A stretch of 64,000 bases of DNA from Candidatus Caldarchaeum subterraneum (GTDB lineage Archaea; Thermoproteota; Nitrososphaeria_A; Caldarchaeales; Caldarchaeaceae), in NCBI GenBank assembly GCA_000270325.1, contig BA000048.1, positions 1,413,481 through 1,477,480 on the forward strand. The letters run 5' to 3'. Numbering within the stretch: position 1 is the stretch's first letter; each line of letters starts with the position of its first letter. Below the pieces are notes generated by a model. That model was not told the DNA's origin. It did not search any database and saw only the letters and a program-made list of their open reading frames with translations. Shown piece by piece: positions 8,891-18,815 of the stretch. The position numbers were made by a program, and so were the translations under genes.

Positions 8891-9652
8891 ATGGAAAACA
8901 TTATACTTGATGTTAGAGATGTTTACAAAAGCTTCGGCGGATTGTATGCGCTGAATGGAGCATCTCTACGTGTGAAGAAAGGCTCTCTATCACTGTTGAT
9001 TGGGCCTAACGGAAGCGGTAAAACAACCCTCATCAACACCGTGACAGGCGTCTACAAGCCCGAGGCCGGCAAGATAATTTTCGAGGATAGGAACATTACG
9101 GGTCTTAAGCCGCATGTCATCTACAAGCTCGGACTGGTGAGAACATGGCAAATACCTCAGCCCTTCTACTCCATGACCGTGCTCGAGAACCTCCTAGTGT
9201 CGGATAAGAACAAAAAAGGAGATGGGTTGTTGTCCGCGCTTCTCCGGTCGCGATGGATAGATAGGGAGATGGAGTTGACGCAGAAAGCTTTTGAAATTTT
9301 GAAACTGCTAAAGCTTGACCATCTCTGGGACCACAGGGCAAGCGAGCTCAGCGGAGGCCAGATGAAGCTCCTCGAAACAGGACGAGCACTGATGAGCGGC
9401 GCAAAAATGATATTGATGGACGAGCCTGCCGCGGGTCTCAACCCAGTACTCGCACACGAAGTATTCACACACCTAAGAAACGTCTGCAAAAAACTCGGGG
9501 CAACGCTTCTTCTAGTGGAACACAGGCTGGACATAGCGATACCATATGTTGACCATGTCTACGCCATGCATCTCGGTAAAGTTATCGCTGAGGGAGAGCC
9601 TCAAGAGGTTTTGACCAACAGCTTGGTCGTGGAAAGCTACTTGGGTGGCTGA
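8891..9652 (+). CDS. livG: ABC transporter ATP-binding protein (LivG-like)
   Basis: Walker A GPNGSGKTT, ABC signature LSGGQ, Walker B ILMDEP. Confidence 0.85.
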   Translation: MENIILDVRDVYKSFGGLYALNGASLRVKKGSLSLLIGPNGSGKTTLINTVTGVYKPEAGKIIFEDRNITGLKPHVIYKLGLVRTWQIPQPFYSMTVLENLLVSDKNKKGDGLLSALLRSRWIDREMELTQKAFEILKLLKLDHLWDHRASELSGGQMKLLETGRALMSGAKMILMDEPAAGLNPVLAHEVFTHLRNVCKKLGATLLLVEHRLDIAIPYVDHVYAMHLGKVIAEGEPQEVLTNSLVVESYLGG

Positions 9653-9654
9653 CT

Positions 9655-10356
9655 ATGTTGATGACACAGGGTCTCGGAGCAGGTTACAAAAAGCTTCAAG
9701 TTTTGTTCGATGTCTCGGTTACGGTGCCCGAGAAACAGCTCACAGTGGTGGTGGGCCCTAACGGAAGCGGCAAAAGCACATTCCTCAAAACAATATTCGG
9801 CCTGACCAAAATCTACTCGGGAAAAATCATGCTCGACGGAGTCGACATAACAGGTCTTCAGCCCCATGAAATCGCATACCACGGCATATCTTATGTTCCA
9901 CAGGTGGATAACATATTCAGCAACCTAACAGTATACGAAAACCTGCTTATCGCAACCCATGGACTGGACATCGACGAGTCGGCGATAGACGATGTCATGG
10001 AGATGTTTCCGCATCTAAAAACCTACCGTAACAAAAAAGCGGCTTTAATGAGCGGGGGTGAGAGGCAGATGCTCGCCATAGCCATGTCTCTCCTCAGAAA
10101 ACCCAAGATAATGCTCTTCGACGAGCCGACTGGCAACCTCTCACCGAAAATGGCCATCACAATCTTCAACATAATCAAAGACCTCCGAGAAAACTATGGG
10201 AAAACAATCCTCCTAGCTGAACAGAACGCGAAAAAAGCTCTCGAAATAGGTGATAAGGCAATACTCCTAGTAAGCGGGAAAACGGTCTACCAAGGCGACG
10301 CCAACGCATTGCTTACGCATGAGGAGCTGGGGAAGCTTTACCTCGGAATCAAATGA
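9655..10356 (+). CDS. livF: ABC transporter ATP-binding protein (LivF-like)
   Basis: Walker A GPNGSGKST, signature MSGGE, Walker B MLFDEP. Confidence 0.85.
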   Translation: MLMTQGLGAGYKKLQVLFDVSVTVPEKQLTVVVGPNGSGKSTFLKTIFGLTKIYSGKIMLDGVDITGLQPHEIAYHGISYVPQVDNIFSNLTVYENLLIATHGLDIDESAIDDVMEMFPHLKTYRNKKAALMSGGERQMLAIAMSLLRKPKIMLFDEPTGNLSPKMAITIFNIIKDLRENYGKTILLAEQNAKKALEIGDKAILLVSGKTVYQGDANALLTHEELGKLYLGIK

Positions 10357-10969
10357 GGTTCAATAGTTCTTGCAAACTGTTAAGATGAATGTCTGCATAA
10401 GGGCAGCCGCGGGTATGTATTTCGGCCGTCCTCATACCCAGCCGCTTGGCAGGCTCAAGCTCAACCTCACATCTGTCACCCACGTACAAGGCCTCCTCGG
10501 GAGAGGCGTCAGCCATCGACAGCAGTAGACGAAACCCTTCGAGGCTGGGCTTGGGCTCCGCATCATCACTCGTGACAAGGGCATCATAGCATCCATCATC
10601 AACGCCCAAGCAGCCGAGAACCTTCAACGCAAGCTTTTTCCCCGAATTCGTGTGCAGCCCCACGAAAAGCTTTCTATCCCTAACCTCGGCGAAGAACCGT
10701 TTAAGAGATGCGTCGGGCGCAAGAAACCTGCATGGCTGAACCTTCTCCGCGAGCAGTGAGTAGAATTTTCTCCGATCTATTCCAAGAACCTCCACGGATT
10801 TGCTCACGGTCTTGTGAATTTTTTTTGTCTGATAGAGTTTTTTGAAGGCCTCTGCCTTGTCTACTCCAAGGCATTCTGCTATGACTGTCACCGCCGAGGT
10901 TAGTAGATGTTGTTCATAGTCGCTGCTTCTGTAGAGTGTGCCGTCGATGTCTAGGAAAATTGCTTTCAA
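10349..10969 (-). CDS. HAD-superfamily hydrolase
   Basis: N-terminal FLDIDGTL (DxDGT) motif and a C-terminal GDR motif. Confidence 0.6.
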   Translation of the reverse strand: MKAIFLDIDGTLYRSSDYEQHLLTSAVTVIAECLGVDKAEAFKKLYQTKKIHKTVSKSVEVLGIDRRKFYSLLAEKVQPCRFLAPDASLKRFFAEVRDRKLFVGLHTNSGKKLALKVLGCLGVDDGCYDALVTSDDAEPKPSLEGFRLLLSMADASPEEALYVGDRCEVELEPAKRLGMRTAEIHTRGCPYADIHLNSLQELLNLI

Positions 10970-11976
10970 ACTATTCCGAGGGATTGGTTGGTGGCTTTTA
11001 TGCTCTGCTCGGCCGCTGCTTCTCCCATGAGGGCCCTGATGGCGTCTATGTTTTCGGGGACAACTATTGCCTCCTGATGCACACCAAGGTAGAGAAAGAC
11101 CTCGTTATCTTTGACGGTGACAGAGTCTCCGATAACACAGGCCTCGTAAATGTCTCCACGAGGTCTTCCAAGCTCGCGACCATACTCGTAGAGGTTGGCT
11201 GTTCCTTTGAAGCCTTCGGATTTCCAGAAAAGCTTTACACGGGTGGTCTCGGCGAGTGTTTTCAACACGTTTTCTCTTGTTGGTTTTTGCCGCAGGGATA
11301 GGATGAGGCTGTGGAGATGCATGTGTGTTGTCGGAACTTTGAGCGCCATGGTCACGATGTCAATATGTGGAAGAACTGTGTTGACGTCTTCGGCGTGGTG
11401 GGAGGGTATCTCTACAGGGTCGAGCACCACCGCGTCAATCACACCCTTAGACGTCTCCTCAGGGTCAACAGCCCGCCTCGCTATAACGACACGCGCCCTC
11501 TCCAAACCAAAAGCAGAGTCAAAAGCATTCAACACTCTACACAACCCAGTCGTGTTACAGGAAACAACCCTAACACTATTTCTTCCAACAGCTCTCTCAT
11601 AGTTACACTGGGCCACGAAACTCGTCTCAGCCACATCCGCCTCCTCTCCACCCTGGAAAACAGCCCTCACACCAGCTCCGAAATATTTTTCGCGATAGGT
11701 TTTCCCCACGTCGCCAGGTGTGCAATCCACAATCACGTCAACCTCCTTGAGTAGGTCGTCCAAAACACCTGAGACATCGAACCCGGCCCTCCTAAACTTG
11801 GAAACACCCGATTCATCAACACAATACAACGGAATATTCTTCTCAACAGCCAGGCGTGCCTTGTAGTCCGGTGTGTTTTTCACCACTCCCACGAGCTTCA
11901 TATCGTTTTGCTTCATGACAGCGTCAGCGACTCTGCGGCCTATGGTTCCATACCCGTTTATCCCAACTCTTATCAC
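10966..11976 (-). CDS. gap: Glyceraldehyde-3-phosphate dehydrogenase, archaeal type
   Basis: MIRVGINGYGTIGRRVADAV Rossmann N-terminus with a catalytic VVSCNTTGL-type Cys. Conserved pgk-gap operon. Confidence 0.9.
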   Translation of the reverse strand: MIRVGINGYGTIGRRVADAVMKQNDMKLVGVVKNTPDYKARLAVEKNIPLYCVDESGVSKFRRAGFDVSGVLDDLLKEVDVIVDCTPGDVGKTYREKYFGAGVRAVFQGGEEADVAETSFVAQCNYERAVGRNSVRVVSCNTTGLCRVLNAFDSAFGLERARVVIARRAVDPEETSKGVIDAVVLDPVEIPSHHAEDVNTVLPHIDIVTMALKVPTTHMHLHSLILSLRQKPTRENVLKTLAETTRVKLFWKSEGFKGTANLYEYGRELGRPRGDIYEACVIGDSVTVKDNEVFLYLGVHQEAIVVPENIDAIRALMGEAAAEQSIKATNQSLGIV

Positions 11977-13193
11977 GCCGAAGCACCTCTATGCCTTTTC
12001 GCGCTTCTCATCAAGGCCTCTATAAGTGGAAGACGCTGTCCAGCCAAGAACATCACGAGAGCGCCTCCTGCTGTGCTGACATGGTCCACCCAATCCTTTA
12101 CACCAAGCCTCTCCAGAGCAGCTGAGAGATGCCCTCCACTAACTATTGATGTGCCGAGAGAACCGGCCGCCGCCAGCAAAAGCTCGTCCGTCCCCCTCTC
12201 AAAACCCTTCTTCTCAAACATGCCGGGCGGGCCGCTGATGAAAATGGTGCCAGAGCTTTTGATTATCTTCGAGTATTTCCTGATTGTTTGCTCGCCGATG
12301 TCAAGAACTTTTCCAGGGTCCTCTATGCTCGAGATAGGTATCTCCACACGCTCGCCATCTTTTTCGATTGCAACATCATCGGGTAGGCTGAATTTGCCAC
12401 GATACTCATGCAGGATTGACTGGGCTTTTGGCACATATTTCTCGAGGTCTCCTGTTAGCGGTTTTTTCAAGGCTCCCGCAGCTCGTAGAAAGACCAGGCC
12501 TATCAGTCCAGTTAACAACACGTTGTCGGCTCTGCCGTTCTGTATAAGCGCGGTGATGGCTTCGAGCCTGTCGGAGACCTTCGAGCCGCCTAGCACAGCT
12601 GTGTAGGGAGCCTTGGAGGTCATCATTACGCGGTTAAGTGACTTGAGCTCCCGTGCCACAAGATATCCTGCACAAGTGGGCAATACCTCCGCGAACCCTA
12701 CGATAGATGGATGAGCTCTATGAGCCGTTGGGAAAGCATCTAAAACGCAGATGTCAAAAAGAGGTGCAAGTCTCTTGACGATGTGTGTTTTCGCAGCCTC
12801 CTCCGGGCTATACTCATAGTTTTCCTCGGCCGCGAACCTCAGGTTCTCGAGGAGAAGAACCTCGCCGGGTTTGAGGCTTTTTATGGCTGCTCGCGAAGCC
12901 TCGCCAAAAACGTCTTCCACAAACTTTACACGCTTGCCCAAAACCTCGGAAAGTGCCTCAGCATGTATGCTGAGCGAGACATAGTCATAGCGGCCAACCC
13001 TGCCTTGATGAGAGCCGAGAACAATCTTAGCCCCGTTCAAATGTCTAACAGTGAAAGAGGACTCCCGGATACGATGCAGCTCGAGTAGACGCCCGGTCTC
13101 TGGGTCAATAGGAGTGTTGAGGTCGGCACGCACAAAAACAGTTTTTCCCGAGACATCGAAGTCATCAATTGTAAGAAAATCGACGAAGCTCAC
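11973..13193 (-). CDS. pgk: Phosphoglycerate kinase
   Basis: 406 aa with N-terminal FVRADLNTPID and C-terminal GGG...STAGGA motifs. Confidence 0.9.
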   Translation of the reverse strand: MSFVDFLTIDDFDVSGKTVFVRADLNTPIDPETGRLLELHRIRESSFTVRHLNGAKIVLGSHQGRVGRYDYVSLSIHAEALSEVLGKRVKFVEDVFGEASRAAIKSLKPGEVLLLENLRFAAEENYEYSPEEAAKTHIVKRLAPLFDICVLDAFPTAHRAHPSIVGFAEVLPTCAGYLVARELKSLNRVMMTSKAPYTAVLGGSKVSDRLEAITALIQNGRADNVLLTGLIGLVFLRAAGALKKPLTGDLEKYVPKAQSILHEYRGKFSLPDDVAIEKDGERVEIPISSIEDPGKVLDIGEQTIRKYSKIIKSSGTIFISGPPGMFEKKGFERGTDELLLAAAGSLGTSIVSGGHLSAALERLGVKDWVDHVSTAGGALVMFLAGQRLPLIEALMRSAKRHRGASA

Positions 13194-13270
13194 AACCCCA
13201 CATGCTCATGACAAGATAAAAACGTTTCAACAAAAAACTTTATAGAAACAATTAGAAACATTCTCAGAAT

Positions 13271-13344
13271 GGGCCGGTAGATCAGTCTGGAAGATCGCCC
13301 GCTTGGCGTGCGGGAGGTCCTGGGTTCAAATCCCAGCCGGTCCA
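13271..13344 (+). tRNA. tRNA-Ala (anticodon GGC), no encoded CCA
   Basis: Cloverleaf GGGCCGG/CCGGTCC acceptor with the G3:U70 Ala identity pair, anticodon loop CTTGGCGTG, T-loop GGTTCAAATCC. A TATA-like ctttatagaaa lies about 30 bp upstream. Confidence 0.9.
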
Positions 13345-13377
13345 CTTGTTTATGGATAAGGTTTAACAGGGATACTG

Positions 13378-14499
13378 TTGATTTTTTCGGCTGTGAGGAG
13401 AAGGGTTTTTCTCGCTGTGCTCGGTTCAGCATCTGCTTTGGGGGCGGCGGCGTTCGTCTCCTCATTTATCAAGGTTGGGGAAAAACCGTCGTTAAGCGTC
13501 GAAGTGGTTGCCGAAAAGTTGTCTGTGCCATGGTCGATTTCATTCATTTCAGGGGACGAAGCTTTGTTTACTGAGAGAAACGGTGCGGTGAAGCTTCTCA
13601 CCCTTTCAACGGGCAGGGTTGAGGAGGTTGGGCGATTTGAGGTAGCAGCCGTTGGTGAAGGAGGCCTGCTCGGAATAGAAACACTCAGAGCCGGTGGAAA
13701 AACAATCGCCTATCTCTATCACAGCTACAGAGAAGGTGGAAAAATCTTCAACAAAGTCGTCAGAACCATCTACAGCGGCAGGCTGCAGGACCATGTTGAG
13801 ATTATCTCAGGCATACCGGGTGGAACCGTTCACAACGGCGGACGGTTAAAAATAGGTCCAGACAACTTGCTCTACATCACGACGGGCGAGGGAGGAGTGC
13901 CCGACCTTTCGCAGGACACAGACTCGCTTGGTGGAAAAATTCTTAGACTAATGCCTGACGGCGGAGTCCCTCAAGATAACCCCTTCAAAACACCTGTCTA
14001 TGCGCTGGGGTTGAGAAACCCGCAGGGGCTCGCCTGGCATCCGGAGACAGGGCGGCTTTACTGCACAGACCACGGCCCCAGCGGCGAAGGCCTGCGAATA
14101 GCCCATGACGAGGTGAACTTAATCAAACCCGGCGCCAACTATGGATGGCCCATAGTAATCGGAGACGCTGGCGATGAAAAGTATGTGAAACCAGTTATTC
14201 ACAGCGGGTTGGAGACATGGGCGCCTTCCGGATGCTGTTTCTACACGGGCAGAGGAAACCAAGAGTTTCGGAGCTCGTTTTTCTTCGCAGCCCTGCGAGG
14301 CAGACATCTGCATAGGCTTGTCTTCGATGAAGAAGGCTACAGAGTTGTTTTATCCGAGAAGCTCTTCGACGGCCAGTTCGGAAGGCTCCGTGATGTCGTT
14401 GAGGGTCCCGACGGAAACCTCTACATTTTAACAAGCAACCGCGATGGAAGAGGCTCGCCCGCTCCCGATGACGATAGAATAATTCACGTCACTCTTTAG
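13378..14499 (+). CDS. PQQ-dependent soluble sugar (glucose/sorbosone) dehydrogenase-family beta-propeller protein
   Basis: 373 aa with a signal-like N-terminus, repeated propeller blades, and the C-terminal GPDGNLYILTSNRDGRG motif typical of the SGDH family. Confidence 0.7.
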   Translation: MIFSAVRRRVFLAVLGSASALGAAAFVSSFIKVGEKPSLSVEVVAEKLSVPWSISFISGDEALFTERNGAVKLLTLSTGRVEEVGRFEVAAVGEGGLLGIETLRAGGKTIAYLYHSYREGGKIFNKVVRTIYSGRLQDHVEIISGIPGGTVHNGGRLKIGPDNLLYITTGEGGVPDLSQDTDSLGGKILRLMPDGGVPQDNPFKTPVYALGLRNPQGLAWHPETGRLYCTDHGPSGEGLRIAHDEVNLIKPGANYGWPIVIGDAGDEKYVKPVIHSGLETWAPSGCCFYTGRGNQEFRSSFFFAALRGRHLHRLVFDEEGYRVVLSEKLFDGQFGRLRDVVEGPDGNLYILTSNRDGRGSPAPDDDRIIHVTL

Positions 14500-14788
14500 A
14501 AAGTTTATCCTTGATGTAGAGGGTCCAGTAGGTCAACGGGTCCGTATCACCATGTGTGGAGGCGCCCGAGATGTAGTATTCGTCAAGCTCGTCAGCAAGC
14601 TTCTCCACCTCATCTTCTGAAAGCTTAAGAGAGCTTCGCAGCTTCTCCATTTCCGATGATAGAGATGATACCTCGCTGTCCATTTTGAGGTCGCGGAAAA
14701 ACCTCATCCTGTTCACCAGAGAATACAGTCTCTCCACCTTGTCCATCAACTCAGCCTCGAAATCTCCAGCATCGCTACCTGAGACCAA
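14489..14788 (-). CDS. Hypothetical acidic coiled-coil protein
   Basis: ORF only. Confidence 0.3.
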   Translation of the reverse strand: MVSGSDAGDFEAELMDKVERLYSLVNRMRFFRDLKMDSEVSSLSSEMEKLRSSLKLSEDEVEKLADELDEYYISGASTHGDTDPLTYWTLYIKDKLSKE

Positions 14789-15029
14789 ATGCCTCGACAG
14801 ATAATGTTTTGGAGTTGATTAAAAAGGTAAACCGCCTAAACATCCGCTCCCCCTTTCTCCTAAACACTCCAGCCACCTCATACACCTCCCCCCTATCAAA
14901 AGTTCTCACAATCTCGAACTCCACCTCACCATACCTCTTCTCCAAATAGGCCCTGACAGCATCCACCACTCTCTCAAGCTCCACACAACACTCATCATAC
15001 CTCCCGCTAAAATTTTTTACCAACATCAC
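14775..15029 (-). CDS. Hypothetical protein (84 aa)
   Basis: ORF only. Tandem with the previous ORF. Confidence 0.3.
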   Translation of the reverse strand: MMLVKNFSGRYDECCVELERVVDAVRAYLEKRYGEVEFEIVRTFDRGEVYEVAGVFRRKGERMFRRFTFLINSKTLSVEAFGLR

Positions 15030-15043
15030 TCGCCCTTAAACTA

Positions 15044-17512
15044 ATGACTACACAGCCATACCTAAAGGCTGGAAGAGACTTCGCTTTTCCCGACTACAAG
15101 CCAAGATATCCACGTCAAACAAGCTTCAAGATAAACCACTACCGTCTCGAGCTCAAAGTCGACATAGAGGACAGAAGAGTGGACGGTTATGCGGAGATTA
15201 GGCTAACCAGTAACGGGTCGATGGCTGAGCTCGACGCCGTGGATTTCCAGATTCTCGAGGTTACTGGTGTCAAAGAAAGAGATTATGATGGAAAATTACT
15301 AACTCTCTTCTTTGATGGGGCGGGTGAAAAAGTTGTTGGGATAAGGTACAGGGCTTGGCCGCGGACGGGTGTCCATTTTGTTGAGAAGGAGAAGGGTTAC
15401 GGTTTTCCCTTCGTGTGGAGCCACGGTGAGCCCGAGTATCACAGAAACTGGATGCCGATCTACGACTATCCCAATATGAAGTTTACGACAGAGTTGTTGG
15501 TTACGGTGCCACAGCCTCTAGAAGTTGTCTCCAACGGTGAACTGTTAGACAGGAGAAACAACGCCGACGGCACATCCACTTTTCACTGGCAGATGGATAA
15601 GCCTCATCCAGCATATCTCATCAGCTTTGTTGCAGGAGTGTTCGACAAAGATGAGGAGATGGTCGACGGCGTCCGCCTCGAATACTATGTGCCGAAAGGC
15701 TTAGGAAAACTGGTGAAAAACTCTTTCAACAAAACCGCTGACATAATCAGGTTTTTCAGCAACTACCTGAATTATCCCTACCCCTTTAAGAGCTATCGAC
15801 AGGTCTGTGTCCCAGAGTTTGTTGTCGGCGGCATGGAGAACACAACAGCCACAACCCTGACAGACCTCACTCTCCACGACGACCACGCCCACATGGATTT
15901 CAGCAGCGACCCGCTTGTCGCCCACGAGGCGGCTCACCAGTGGTTCGGAGACCTTGTCACCTGCCGAGACTGGTCGCACATCTGGCTCAACGAATCCTTC
16001 GCAACATACCTCGAAAACCTATACCTAAGACATGACAAAGGAAACGACGAGTTTCTATACGAGCTATACAACGACCTCCAATCATATCTCGACGAATACA
16101 AACGACGATACTCGCGCCCCGTGGTCTATCGGGTCTACAAATACCCTGAGGAGCTTTTCGACAGACATGCATACCCAAAAGGCGGGCTGGTGCTCCATAC
16201 CATCAAGAACATCGTTGGTGAGGAAAGTTTCCGGAAAGCCTTGAACCTGTTTCTGACCCGTCACCAATACTCAAACGCCGACACAGAAGATTTGCGCAAG
16301 GCTCTCGAGGAATCATCAGGCATGATGCTGGAGAAGGTGTTTGAGCAGCTTGTGTATTCTGCTGGGCATCCCGTGGTCAAGGTGAGCTATCGATGGGAGC
16401 CTGAGACAAACTTGTTCAAGATTAGTTTTAAGCAGGTTCAGGCAGAGGATTCGCCAGAAACCTATGGACTCAGTCTGGATGTTGTAATCCACTCTGGTGG
16501 AGAGAAGGTTGAGAGAAAAATTTCTCTTGAAGAACGAGAAACAACGCTTTTCCTATCCATGAAAAACAGGCCAGAACATGTCTGCGTAGACCCTGAGCTC
16601 AAGGTTCTACGTGTCCTAGACATCGAGAGACCGCTCGAAGAGGCTCTCTCGATGGTTGAGAAATGTGGAAGCGTTGTCTGCAGAATAGAGATGATTGACT
16701 CTTTGGCGAAACATGGTGGACGTAGGGTTGTCGAGGTGTTGGAGAGAGTTATCTCGGGTGACCCGTTTTGGGGGGTTTCCTACAGGGCCGCTAAGGCCCT
16801 AGGAGAGATAAAGACTGAGGAGGCGAAAGCCGCTCTTCTCCGTGTCCTCCAAAAAGTGAAGCATCCGAAAATCCGCAGGGGAATAGTGGAGGCCCGCGGC
16901 TCCTTCGAAAAAGACACCGAGGTGATGAGGATGTTGGCAAAAGTCGTTGAAGACACAGTCGAGTCATATTATGTTAGACAGGCTGCGGCGATTTCACTTG
17001 GGCGGCTTAAGCTGGATGAAGCAGTTCCAGTTCTCGTGAAGGCCCTTGACTACCCCTCCCACGCACATGTTATCCCATCTGGCGCAGTCCAGGGACTGGC
17101 TGAAACAGGTCTGGAAAAAGTCTATGAACATGTCTCTAAGAGAGTTGAGAAAAGCTATCCGACTCCTGTTCGCGTGTCAGCGACCGTGGCTCTCGCAAAA
17201 TTCCCAGAGAAACACGAAACATACACCTTACTCGAGAGGCTGTCGGAAGACAGTAACGAGCGTGTCCGCCACGCGGTTGTCGCCGCCGCCCGTGAATTGA
17301 TGGACCCAAGGCTTTTACCCATGCTGGACAAAATGGCTGAGAAGGATTTGAATGAGAGGGTGAGACGGGGCGCAAGGGAAGTCTCTAAGAAGATTAGAGA
17401 CCATCTCGAGAAGGGTGTTGAATACAAGTCGCTGCGGGAGGAGCTTGAGAAAATACGGGAGGAGAACAGGCGGCTGGCTGAGAGGCTTTACAGGGTTGAG
17501 GGTAAGGTTTAA
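15044..17512 (+). CDS. M1-family zinc aminopeptidase (tricorn-interacting factor F3/aminopeptidase N-like) with C-terminal HEAT-like repeats
   Basis: HEAAHQWFGD (HExxH) plus the downstream WLNESFATY glutamate, and a GGMEN-type exopeptidase motif (VGGMEN). 822 aa. Confidence 0.85.
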   Translation: MTTQPYLKAGRDFAFPDYKPRYPRQTSFKINHYRLELKVDIEDRRVDGYAEIRLTSNGSMAELDAVDFQILEVTGVKERDYDGKLLTLFFDGAGEKVVGIRYRAWPRTGVHFVEKEKGYGFPFVWSHGEPEYHRNWMPIYDYPNMKFTTELLVTVPQPLEVVSNGELLDRRNNADGTSTFHWQMDKPHPAYLISFVAGVFDKDEEMVDGVRLEYYVPKGLGKLVKNSFNKTADIIRFFSNYLNYPYPFKSYRQVCVPEFVVGGMENTTATTLTDLTLHDDHAHMDFSSDPLVAHEAAHQWFGDLVTCRDWSHIWLNESFATYLENLYLRHDKGNDEFLYELYNDLQSYLDEYKRRYSRPVVYRVYKYPEELFDRHAYPKGGLVLHTIKNIVGEESFRKALNLFLTRHQYSNADTEDLRKALEESSGMMLEKVFEQLVYSAGHPVVKVSYRWEPETNLFKISFKQVQAEDSPETYGLSLDVVIHSGGEKVERKISLEERETTLFLSMKNRPEHVCVDPELKVLRVLDIERPLEEALSMVEKCGSVVCRIEMIDSLAKHGGRRVVEVLERVISGDPFWGVSYRAAKALGEIKTEEAKAALLRVLQKVKHPKIRRGIVEARGSFEKDTEVMRMLAKVVEDTVESYYVRQAAAISLGRLKLDEAVPVLVKALDYPSHAHVIPSGAVQGLAETGLEKVYEHVSKRVEKSYPTPVRVSATVALAKFPEKHETYTLLERLSEDSNERVRHAVVAAARELMDPRLLPMLDKMAEKDLNERVRRGAREVSKKIRDHLEKGVEYKSLREELEKIREENRRLAERLYRVEGKV

Positions 17513-17550
17513 CAGCCTCATACAAGTTTGATGGCTCGGCGGCGATGATG

Positions 17551-17608
17551 AACAGAAACGCTTGAAAAGTGATAGCCTCTGGGGTATCTGAGCCGCTAAA
17601 CCAGCGTC
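17551..17608 (+). ncRNA. Candidate C/D-box sRNA
   Basis: 5' stem GCGGC, then box C ATGATGA, a 12-nt spacer, degenerate D'/C' boxes (GTGATAG), a 12-nt spacer, box D CTGA, and 3' stem GCCGC. The stems are complementary. Total about 58 nt in an intergenic 3' region. Confidence 0.45.
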
Positions 17609-17994
17609 TCCACAGACTCGACAATATCTCTGACCGTTATCATACCCACCAAGTTGTTGTTCCTGTCGACTACGGGAAGATGTCTAATGTTGTTAGACAC
17701 CATTATGTTTTTTGCCTCGTTCAGGGAAGCATCCTCCCTAACCACGATGACTTCACGCGTCATGTAGTCGCTTATTTTCGAATCATAGTCTACACGTAGC
17801 GCAAAAAACTTCACGAAATCTTTCTCCGTAACTATGCCAGCGACTTTTCCATCCGAGACAACCACGACGCTGCTCACCTTTGACTGAATCATTTTCTCCG
17901 CAATATCGGAGAGCTTTTCATCACCCTTCGCCGTGACGACCCTGCGGGACATTATTTCCGAAACCTTTACCCCAAGCAACCCAACATAATACAT
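17596..17994 (-). CDS. CBS-domain pair protein
   Basis: 132 aa with tandem CBS motifs. Confidence 0.7.
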   Translation of the reverse strand: MYYVGLLGVKVSEIMSRRVVTAKGDEKLSDIAEKMIQSKVSSVVVVSDGKVAGIVTEKDFVKFFALRVDYDSKISDYMTREVIVVREDASLNEAKNIMVSNNIRHLPVVDRNNNLVGMITVRDIVESVETLV

Positions 17995-18013
17995 TTTTTG
18001 GCCAATAAATCAT

Positions 18014-18808
18014 TTACTCGAGCGACAGGAGGCTCGGCAGCTCAACAAGGCTGTCTACAACCATGTCTGCCTCCGATATCTTGTCTCTGAAGAGCTCAAA
18101 GGCACCGGTTTTCACAAGTATGCATCGAGCCCCCACAGCCCTTGCCGCTGCCACGTCGGTGTCGACACGGTCGCCTACAAAAACCACCTCTGAGGCCTGG
18201 AGACCTAGAGTCTCCAAAGCCATTTGAGAGGAGATTGGCGACGGCTTACCCACCGAAAATGGTTTCACGCCAGTGGCGGCTGAAAGCATGGCTATGATGG
18301 AGCCCGCTCCCGGCATAAACCCTTCTTCTGTAGGATAGATGTTGTCGAGGTTTGTCGCTATGAATTTTGCACCATTTCTTATAGCTTGGGAGGCGTTCGC
18401 GGCTTTCTGATAAGTGAAGCCTCTGTCCAGACCTGCTACCACGTATTCGGCCAGCTTCCATTGGCTGTGGTCTATAATCCGCAGCCCCAGCTGCAGAGCC
18501 TCTCTTGATATGCCCTCTTCCCCCACGACGAGGACATGGGCCCCAGGATGCTCTGTCGCCACATACCTGGCCGCTAGATAACCAGATGTCAAAATCTCTG
18601 AGACATAGGCATGGATTCCCATGCGGTTTAGCTTCTCGAGATACTGAGTTCTTGTCAGGGTGGAGTTGTTTGTCATAAAAACAAGCTTCAGCTTTTTGCG
18701 GAGTCTGTTGACGGCTTCGGGTGCGCCTGGAAGCGGCTTGGAGCCTATGTAGATGGTGCCGTCCATGTCGAGGACGAGGCCTTTAACCTTTTCCAGCGTA
18801 ACCTTCAC
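18014..18808 (-). CDS. HAD-IIA family sugar phosphatase (NagD/4-nitrophenylphosphatase-like)
   Basis: LVLDMDGTIY motif and C-terminal VGDRVDTD. Confidence 0.75.
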   Translation of the reverse strand: MKVTLEKVKGLVLDMDGTIYIGSKPLPGAPEAVNRLRKKLKLVFMTNNSTLTRTQYLEKLNRMGIHAYVSEILTSGYLAARYVATEHPGAHVLVVGEEGISREALQLGLRIIDHSQWKLAEYVVAGLDRGFTYQKAANASQAIRNGAKFIATNLDNIYPTEEGFMPGAGSIIAMLSAATGVKPFSVGKPSPISSQMALETLGLQASEVVFVGDRVDTDVAAARAVGARCILVKTGAFELFRDKISEADMVVDSLVELPSLLSLE

Positions 18809-18815
18809 CTCTCTG

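Noticed and set aside
11195-12606. Plus-strand ORFs (11195..11602, 11311..11754, 11908..12606) across the gap-pgk region
   Set aside because: Antisense to the highly conserved GAPDH and PGK genes. No motifs.
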